This document shows positions 1 through 6,525 of a DNA stretch of 7,762 bases, piece by piece. The stretch covers positions 1-7,762 of the forward strand of contig NW_021828754.1 in the NCBI RefSeq assembly GCF_006345805.1. The letters are read 5' to 3'. Every line of letters starts with the position of its first letter. Position 1 is the first letter of the stretch. Made by a program: the position numbers and the translations under genes. The notes below the pieces were generated by a model. That model did not search any database, was not told the DNA's origin, and worked only from the letters and a program-made list of their open reading frames with translations. The stretch comes from Octopus sinensis (lineage: Eukaryota).

Positions 1-31
<31 letters not shown>

Positions 32-38
32 TGTGTGT
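1..38. repeat. (GT)n microsatellite, running off the window start
   Basis: GT dinucleotide run with one interruption (gtttgt). Confidence 0.97.
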
Positions 39-527
39 GAAGACAACAATGGTGTACTGCTTACAAATCTATCTCGGTGGTGCTACTTGTCACACAGACG
101 ATCTAGACGACATCCAGACAAGAGCAGCTAGACTAGTTGGAATTCAATCACTGACGATACACTCTAGTCTCTGGCCCACGGCGTACTGTCTTCCCTGTCT
201 ATCTTTTCCATTGCAACTGTAATGGTCTCTGATCATCGAAGCTACATGTTCTCATACCACCACAAATCAAGTACACCCGTAACAACTCTTTTTCTTCCTT
301 TCGTCACTTTTGGTACGTCTACCTCACCCTTGGGCTCAAGTAACCATTCTGTCCAATGCTTTCTCCCTAGAACAACGGTCCACTGGAATATACTCTATGC
401 CTATACCGTTCCTGTCGGTGTTTACCTGCAAAAGTGTAAAGGGAACATTAATAGCATCCAGCTGATCAGTCTTCGAGGTTCTGCAAAGATAATTACCGAA
501 TGCCCTTCCTCCATACTAAAGAAGTAA
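39..527 (+). pseudogene. Decayed 3' end of a non-LTR retrotransposon (LINE) ORF2, region C-terminal to RT; different family from the LINE at 5024
   Basis: Peptide pieces across shifting frames: KTTMVYCLQIYLGGA..TDDLDDIQTRAARLVG (like RPxMEYxSHIWGG..LDRIQxRAxRLI), RRTVFPVYLFHCNCNGL*SSKL at ~178-243 (like HRRxVxSLxLFYRYYNGxCSSEL), and CFLPRTTVHWNILY..YLQKCKGNIN (like SFFPRTxxLWNxLP..xLQxFKxxIN). Frameshifts and an in-frame stop are present. Boundaries approximate. Confidence 0.75.
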
Positions 528-620
528 CATCTATACTTTTACATATATATTTTTTTACACACACATACACACACATATACACCAAGAGGCACACACAAAA
601 ATACACAGCCTTCCACCCAG

Positions 621-649
621 TATATCTATCTATCTATATATATAGAGAG

Positions 650-702
<53 letters not shown>

Positions 703-828
703 TGTATGCATGTATGTATATATTTATATATGTATATATGTACGTATGTATGTGTATGTATATATATATTATTATGCGTGCATGTATGTATGTAGGTATA
801 AATGCATGTATGCATGTACGTACGTATG

Positions 829-870
<42 letters not shown>

Positions 871-893
871 TATATATATAATATATAATATAT

Positions 894-924
<31 letters not shown>

Positions 925-1002
925 GTGTGTGTGTATATATATATATATATATGTGGTGTGGTGTGTGTTGGTATATATATACTATATATATATATATATA
1001 CA
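621..1002. repeat. Compound microsatellite: (TATC)n/(GA)n, (GATA)13 at 651-702, then (TATG)n/(TA)n/(TG)n
   Basis: Read directly from the sequence. Confidence 0.96.
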
Positions 1003-1290
1003 TCATTGGACAGACAGTTAAACGATTTCCGAGGTTACAGTACATCGACAAAAATTCAAAGAGTAAACAAAATTCAAAGGTAAACAAAATGTGAACACAA
1101 AGAAAACCTTCACATACAAATTGTGCACAGGGAAGAGTACGCCGCAAAAAGGAAAAGGAAACGAATTAGACTGCTGTTTCGGGGTATCTCTTTGTCAGAG
1201 AAGAGTATTAAAAGAAATAAACCAGATAAAGGAAACAAGAAAAGAAACGGTACATGCTTAATGCATGTGTGTTTCTTTCAATGACATGCT
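1003..1290 (-). other. Non-microsatellite island between (TA)n tracts; possible Penelope-like/retrozyme terminal fragment with a degenerate hammerhead-like core
   Basis: Minus strand 1198-1169 reads CTGACAA-AGAGATACCCC-GAAAC-AGCA-GTC. Also a 17-18 bp tandem duplication at 1051-1085 and a hairpin at 1241-1278. The family assignment is inference. Confidence 0.35.
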
Positions 1291-1295
1291 CTCTA

Positions 1296-1301
1296 TGCAT
1301 G

Positions 1302-1352
<51 letters not shown>

Positions 1353-1390
1353 TATATATATTATATTATATATATATATATATATAATAT
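1296..1390. repeat. (TA)n-rich microsatellite
   Basis: Read directly from the sequence. Confidence 0.95.
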
Positions 1391-1809
1391 ATACAAAATA
1401 AGAAATGGAGAAATACATCTAAATCAATTATCAACTACCAGATAATTACCCAATCACATAATTTATTAAACCACTACATATGAACATTAAGGTCAAACAT
1501 ATTATATAGAACAAAACAGTGTACATGAAGGAGTAATATGGTACAATAAGTACAGTATGTATAAGAGAATATAAAAATATAAATATAAATATAAACAGCT
1601 GTAAGATGTAGTTTATATTTATATTTATATTTTTATATTCTCTTATATATACTGTACTTATTGTACCATATTACTCCTTCATGTACACTGTTTTGTTCTA
1701 TATTGATCCTTAATGTTCATATGTAGTGGTTTTAATAAATTATGTGATTGGGTATTATCTGGTAGTTGATATTGATTTAGATGTATTTCTCCATTTTCTT
1801 ATTTTGTAT
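1391..1809. repeat. Long inverted repeat (fold-back): arms 1391-1596 and 1611-1809, 14 nt spacer AGCTGTAAGATGTA
   Basis: Manual alignment: inner 93 bp (1504-1596 vs 1611-1703) pair with one G/T mismatch (1559/1648). Outer parts differ by five 1-nt indels and one 8-nt indel. Confidence 0.97.
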
Positions 1810-1974
1810 TATTAATTTGTGGTAAAACATTTTACCTTTGCCCATATAATACAGTAAATGAATTAATTGCATCGCAATTCTTAACATTTATGTATTAACT
1901 TTGTTGGGTACTCACTAGCAGTATATTGGATATATGTTATCCTATGGAGGGTTGCATTTACAACCCTATCCAAT

Positions 1975-1977
<3 letters not shown>

Positions 1978-2016
<39 letters not shown>

Positions 2017-2024
2017 GTAAATAT

Positions 2025-2092
<68 letters not shown>

Positions 2093-2138
2093 GTGTGTGT
2101 GTGTGTGTGTAATTATATATACATATATATTATAATTA
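1978..2138. repeat. (TA)n/(TG)n compound microsatellite
   Basis: Read directly from the sequence. Confidence 0.95.
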
Positions 2139-2392
2139 TATTCTTTTATTCTTTTGTTTGTCATTTGACTGCGGCCTGCTGGAGCACCGCTTTTAGTCGA
2201 ACGAATTGACCCCAGGACTTATTCTTTGTAAGACTAGTACTTATTCTATCGGTTCTCTTTTGCCGAACCGCTAAGTTACGGGGACTTAAACACACCAGCA
2301 TCGGTTGTCAAGCGATAGCGGAGGGACAAACACAGACACACCAACATTTACACACAAACATATCCACACACACATACATGTATGTATGTGTG

Positions 2393-2468
<76 letters not shown>

Positions 2469-2600
2469 CGGGCTTGTTTCAGTTTCCATCTGCCAAATCC
2501 ACTCACAAAGCTTTGGTCGGCCCGAGGCTATAGTGGAAGACACTTGCCCAAGGTGTCACACAATGGAACTGAACCTGGAACCATGTGGTTGGCGCGCGCC
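2139..2600 (-). mobile_element. SINE copy A: tRNA-derived head, CORE-like domain, internal microsatellite, conserved 3' region; resembles octopus OK/OR-type SINEs
   Basis: Minus strand: B-box-like GGTTCAGTTCC, CORE-like GTGACACCTTGGGCAAGTGTCTT (compare MIR core GTGACCTTGGGCAAGTCACTT), internal (TA)n/(TG)n at ~2330-2466, tail AAAAGAATAAAAGAATA at 2139-2155. Aligns by eye with 7343-7762 and with 2780-2850/3325-3433. Confidence 0.88.
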
Positions 2601-2754
2601 ATGAGAAGCTCGTAGAAAGGGAAGCAAATTGTAGTTTTGAAGCAGTCAGTTGTATACAAAATTTTTATTACACCTCGGTGCTATAGTAAGAATGAGTCCT
2701 GCAATTTGGTAAGACGTTATGCATGTTTTATTCCGGACAAAGTGTAATTTGTTA

Positions 2755-2860
2755 TATGAACTTCAATACTGATATTAGTCTGGTACTTATTTTATCGCTG
2801 GCTGTTTGTCAGACTGCTACCTTCCGTGACATGAAGGGAAACAATACACCAAAACAGACA
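2755..2860 (-). mobile_element. SINE copy B, 3' half (old, diverged)
   Basis: CTGGTACTTATTTTATCG (2780-2797) matches CTAGTACTTATTCTATCG of copy A (2234-2251) at 16/18, followed by TTTGTCAGACTGCTA resembling TTTGCCGAACCGCTA. Boundaries approximate. Confidence 0.55.
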
Positions 2861-2874
2861 TATATATATATATA

Positions 2875-3223
2875 CTAGCAGTATCGGCCGGGTTTGTTTC
2901 GACCCTTTAGACCCTACTTTGCATTATGTAGCTTGTTATTCTCTTTAGTGAACATTTTTCTGGTTGAAATATATCGAAAAATGGCGACACAGCAGTCAAA
3001 AAATCGTAGAAAATAGGGATTTTCATAGAAAAAAAGCACCTTTCTGATGTAAATAATTTTTAGTCTTAACATGGTCCGATTTGAATTTTATCTTCTACAG
3101 AATGAAGAGCAAGCTTTCTTCTATCATACTCTCAATTTTGGTCAACTTGCACCGCAGGGTCTCGGAGGAGATAGTGTTAGTTGAAAGCTATCAAGCCTGC
3201 CACATACAGACAACTTCAGCTTT

Positions 3224-3226
<3 letters not shown>
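2875..3226 (-). mobile_element. Non-autonomous Helitron-like element (~350 bp) inserted in (TA)n
   Basis: Minus-strand 3' end GGGTCGAAACAAACCC (short hairpin)-GGCCGATACTG-CTAG|T fits the Helitron hairpin + CTRR + T-flank signature. Minus-strand 5' end TATAAAGCTGAAGTTGTCTG resembles Lep1-type Helitron-N starts as I recall them. The canonical 5' TC is not visible in the TA tract. Confidence 0.7.
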
Positions 3227-3269
<43 letters not shown>

Positions 3270-3310
3270 GCACACACACACACTCACATAAATACATAGT
3301 CATACACACA
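3227..3310. repeat. (TA)n/(CA)n microsatellite, probably the internal repeat of SINE copy B
   Basis: Read directly; lies between the two halves of copy B. Confidence 0.9.
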
Positions 3311-3324
3311 AGAGCGTATTCTGC

Positions 3325-3460
3325 ACTGTTTCTGTCAGCCAAATTCCATCCCCAAGTTTTTGGTGTACCCAAGTACTCCCAAGACTATAGAAAAGACATT
3401 TAAACAAAGTGCTGTGCAGCCGGATCGAACCCGTGCTTATGCTTCATAAGCATGGAGCAA
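3325..3460 (-). mobile_element. SINE copy B, 5' half (head + CORE-like domain, diverged)
   Basis: CTGTTTCTGTCAGCCAAATTCC resembles CAGTTTCCATCTGCCAAATCC (copy A); CCCAAGACTATAGAAAAGACATTTAAACAAAGTG resembles CCCGAGGCTATAGTGGAAGACACTTGCCCAAGGTG. Minus-strand B box GGGTTCGATCC at 3432-3422. Confidence 0.7.
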
Positions 3461-3574
3461 AACCTGCACATGTATATGCATGTGTGTATACGTGTATGTG
3501 TGGGGGTGGGGGTGAAAAAGAATGTGCGAGTGTGTCAGTGTTTCCTATATTTCTGTCTATGGTCTATATCTGTC

Positions 3575-3810
3575 TATCTATCCCTCTTTGTCTCTCTCTT
3601 TCTCTCCCCCTTTTTCCCTTTCTTTCCTCTTGTCTCTCTTTCTCCCCTCTCTCTCTCTCTCTCTCTCTCACTATATATATATATATATATATATTTGGTG
3701 TCTGTCTGCTTTTGTGTATGCTTACATACGTGCATACACACATATTATACGTGTGTGTGTGTGTGTCTGTGTCTGTGTGTTTGTGTCTGTGTCTGTATGC
3801 GCGCGTGTAA
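3575..3810. repeat. Compound (CT)n/(TA)n/(GT)n/(GTGTCT)n microsatellite
   Basis: Read directly from the sequence. Confidence 0.93.
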
Positions 3811-4149
3811 CTATCTGTGCCTTTGCCAATGTCTATCATTTTCATCCCCATCTAATATTTTATTTTTCTTCTCTTTTTCTTTTCTTTTCCTGGAAAAGCA
3901 ACCTACAGAAAGAATTCGATGAAAGTTGAAGGAAACAAGTTTCTCTTTATATTTTCTCTGCTTCATATTTGTTCAGCGGAAGAGAAACGACATTTTTACC
4001 ATTTTTTATACAATTTAAACAAGCTGTGTACTGTTTCCACCATTTTCATCTTAGCAAAACCGACTTTCATGAATTATGTCACTTACGCTTCACCATACGC
4101 TTCAATGGGTTGTCGGCTGCTTTCAACGGTAATTATGAAACAATTCATA

Positions 4150-4510
4150 TGCTTTACTTTATCGTAACTTTCTCTTGTCTCTGTTTTCTTTTCAATTCAG
4201 AACGTCTTCATCTTCCTCTATTTTTTATCGTATTTCTCTGCTTTTGTTTCTTTCATCTGAATTTTCTCCCACTTTTAGTTTTTCTCTCCTACATTCTTTC
4301 TCTCTTTTTTCCTCCCTTTTCTCATCCGCCATTATCTATTTCTCTGTTTTTCTTTCTCTCTTTTCCCTCTCTACCTCCCCTCTTTCTCTCTTTCTCTCTT
4401 TCTCACTCACTCACTCTCTTCCTCTCTCTTTCTCTCTTTCTCTCTATCTCTCTCTCTCTTTCACATTTCATATTCTTTCTCCCCAGTCCCCCTCCTTATC
4501 ATTCTATCTC
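4150..4510. repeat. Long polypyrimidine / (CT)n-rich low-complexity tract
   Basis: About 360 bp dominated by C and T on the plus strand. Confidence 0.93.
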
Positions 4511-5024
4511 ATAAAATATGCTACAGAAAGAATGGCCAGACTCGCTTTAACGTAAGCGCCACGTACGATAAACTTCAGATGTTTGAGAGCCGGAAGACAT
4601 AAACGAACTTTACACACACATTTTAAATTCTATATTTTTGCTCGCCATCAACATTAAACTTGCATTTTAATGCTAGAGGACTCTCAGTTAACATCCGGTA
4701 AATAATTATAAAGCTTGAACAATTTTCTTTATTTTATTCGTCTTTTATATTAATTGAGATGCAAAAAGAAGCCGAGTCGACATTCTTCCTCGAGAGGCAC
4801 ACTAAACACCGAAGAGCCTGTGTATATTTGAAAAACTGCAGTTTGGTTACCTTGTTTTATAAGAGTCAGACTATATAGCCATGTAAGTGATTGAATGCAT
4901 AGATATGCCTTTTTTAGATATGATGACTGTGCCCCAACATGGCTGGAAACAGCTAACTGGCAGGAACTGAACGAGCATATATTTTTCCATACTTTCATAA
5001 TATGCGCGCACACACACACACACC

Positions 5025-6461
5025 GGCCCTGACGGCATACACCCACGGGTTATCAAAGCGTTGGCTCCGGTCATCTGCGAGCCCTTAACACGTCTATTCA
5101 ATATGTCATTGGCGACGGGTGTTATACCTGCGGACTGGAGAACAGCGATAATCTGCCCAATTTTCAAGAAAGGGAGCCGCGAAGACCCGCTTAACTACCG
5201 ACCGGTTTCCCTTACATCAATAATCAGCAAGATGTTCGAAACCATCCTTAAGAAAAGTATGATGCTCCACCTCCAAAATACAGCCTCTATCTCTGATTCC
5301 CAACACGGCTTCGTGCCGAGGAGATCATGCTTGACCAACTTACTGGTAATGGAAGAATTGGTGACGCGCATCCTCGATGATAGTGATGCTGTTGACATCG
5401 TTTTATTGGACTTTGCCAAAGCTTTTGACTCGGTAAACCACCGCCTATTACTTGTCAAGCTTCAAGCATATAGTTTCCATCCGGATATTGTACGATGGGT
5501 TGGTGCCTTCCTCTCAGATCGCTCCTTCCAAGTCCAAGTTAATGGTTCGCGGTCCGACGTCTCCAGTGCGAGCAGTGACGTGCCTCAAGGTTCAGTGCTT
5601 GGGCCCTTATTGTTCGTAGTCTTCATAAATGACTTGCCCGACGACCTCACGCAACACACCCTTCTATTTGCCGACGATATCAAACTGGTCGCTCCTCGCG
5701 GTGATATAGAGGATCTTCGTCGATGCCTCCACCAAATTTGGAGGTGGTCTAACGAATGGGACCTGTGTCTGAACGTGTCAAAGTGCTGTCATCTGCCTGT
5801 TGGCTCTCCTCCTGCAACTCACCTTGATTTCGAGCCGGGTCGTCTGCTGCTGGAGAGGACCGATCAGGTAAAGGACCTGGTATCTTGGTGATTCCTCCTT
5901 TTCGCCTTCGGCCCAGTGCGTCCATGCTGCCAACAAAGCACGCGGAATTCTGTTCTTGATTCGACGGTCATTCGGAATGCTCACAGCAGCCATATTCCTA
6001 CCACTCTATGTCACGCTGGTGAGACCCATATTGGAGTACGGGATTCAAGCCACTTCTCCTTATCTCCTCAAAGACATACAGCATCTCGAAAGAGTCCAGA
6101 AGCTGGCTACCCGCATGGTTCATGGTCTCAAAAATTTGTCCTATGAAGAAAGGCTGAGGACGCTCGACCTTTATTCTCTAGAAAAACGCCGCCGCCGTGG
6201 TGATCTCATTCTCGCCCACAACATCATAAGCGGAAAGTGTACCTCTCGAGAGCTGTTCTTCACTCCTGCTCCAGAGCGTCGGCTGCGGGTCATTCCGAAA
6301 AGCTCTACCTGCGACGATTTCATCTCAATCGAAGGAGAGGAGCTTTCTCCGTCCGGGTGGCAGATCCGTGGAACAAGCTGCCAGACGAGATGGTGAAGAT
6401 GCCGACGACCGCTTTGTTCAAAGCCTCCCTTGACCTCAAGTGGCCTGAACTCTTTACATGA
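5025..6461 (+). pseudogene. Reverse transcriptase domain and C-terminal region of LINE ORF2 (endonuclease and ORF1 lost by truncation), frameshifted
   Basis: Motifs: WRTAIICPIFKKG..NYRPVSLTS, SQHGFVPRRSCLTNL, LLDFAKAFDSVNH, VPQGSVLGPLLF, LLFADDIKL, VKDL(G), LVRPILEYG, ERVQKLATR, RRRRGDLI, RGHSEKL..FSVRVADPWNKLP. Joins track ORFs 5061-5891, 5956-6396 and 6237-6461 through 1-nt deletions near 5880, 5890 and 6289. Confidence 0.93.
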
Positions 6462-6481
6462 ACACCACCCTGTACTTAACT

Positions 6482-6499
6482 CCATGTCCCCCTACATGG
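6482..6499 (+). other. 3' UTR stem-loop of the LINE (CCATGT-CCCCCT-ACATGG)
   Basis: Perfect 6 bp stem, 6 nt loop, 26 nt upstream of the (TAAC)n tail. Function inferred by analogy with L2-type 3' tails. Confidence 0.6.
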
Positions 6500-6525
6500 C
6501 CTTGCTATTTGCTTTTGAGCCAAAT

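Noticed and set aside
630-1147. ORFs 630-815, 710-1021 and 893-1147
   Set aside because: Translations of (TA)n/(GATA)n/(TG)n repeats (YIYI, CVCV, LSIY); stop-free only because of repeat composition.
1958-2604. ORFs 1958-2164 and 2305-2604
   Set aside because: Microsatellite and SINE read-through with no protein-like signal.
3081-3929. ORFs 3081-3299, 3142-3372, 3409-3810, 3452-3922, 3522-3929 and 3564-3851
   Set aside because: Overlapping low-complexity translations of Helitron, SINE and compound microsatellite sequence.
3903-4533. Exact 13 bp direct repeat CTACAGAAAGAAT at 3903-3915 and 4521-4533, possible TSD around ~605 bp
   Set aside because: About one such 13-mer match is expected by chance in 7.8 kb of AT-rich DNA, and the enclosed segment has no tail, TIR or coding hallmark.
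4175-4555. Hydrophobic S/L/F-rich ORFs resembling membrane proteins (also the 3' part of 3969-4514)
   Set aside because: Direct consequence of the CT-rich tract.
4925-4960. GTGCCCCAACATGGCTG as a plus-strand fragment of the SINE 3' region
   Set aside because: Match is only about 17 nt with mismatches and does not extend convincingly.
4750-5167. Minus-strand ORFs 4750-5046 and 4871-5167
   Set aside because: They cross the LINE junction and have no recognisable motifs.
5195-6485. ORFs 5195-5458, 5778-5993 and 6171-6485 (minus) and 5916-6146 (plus)
   Set aside because: Antisense or alternative-frame shadows of the GC-rich RT coding region.
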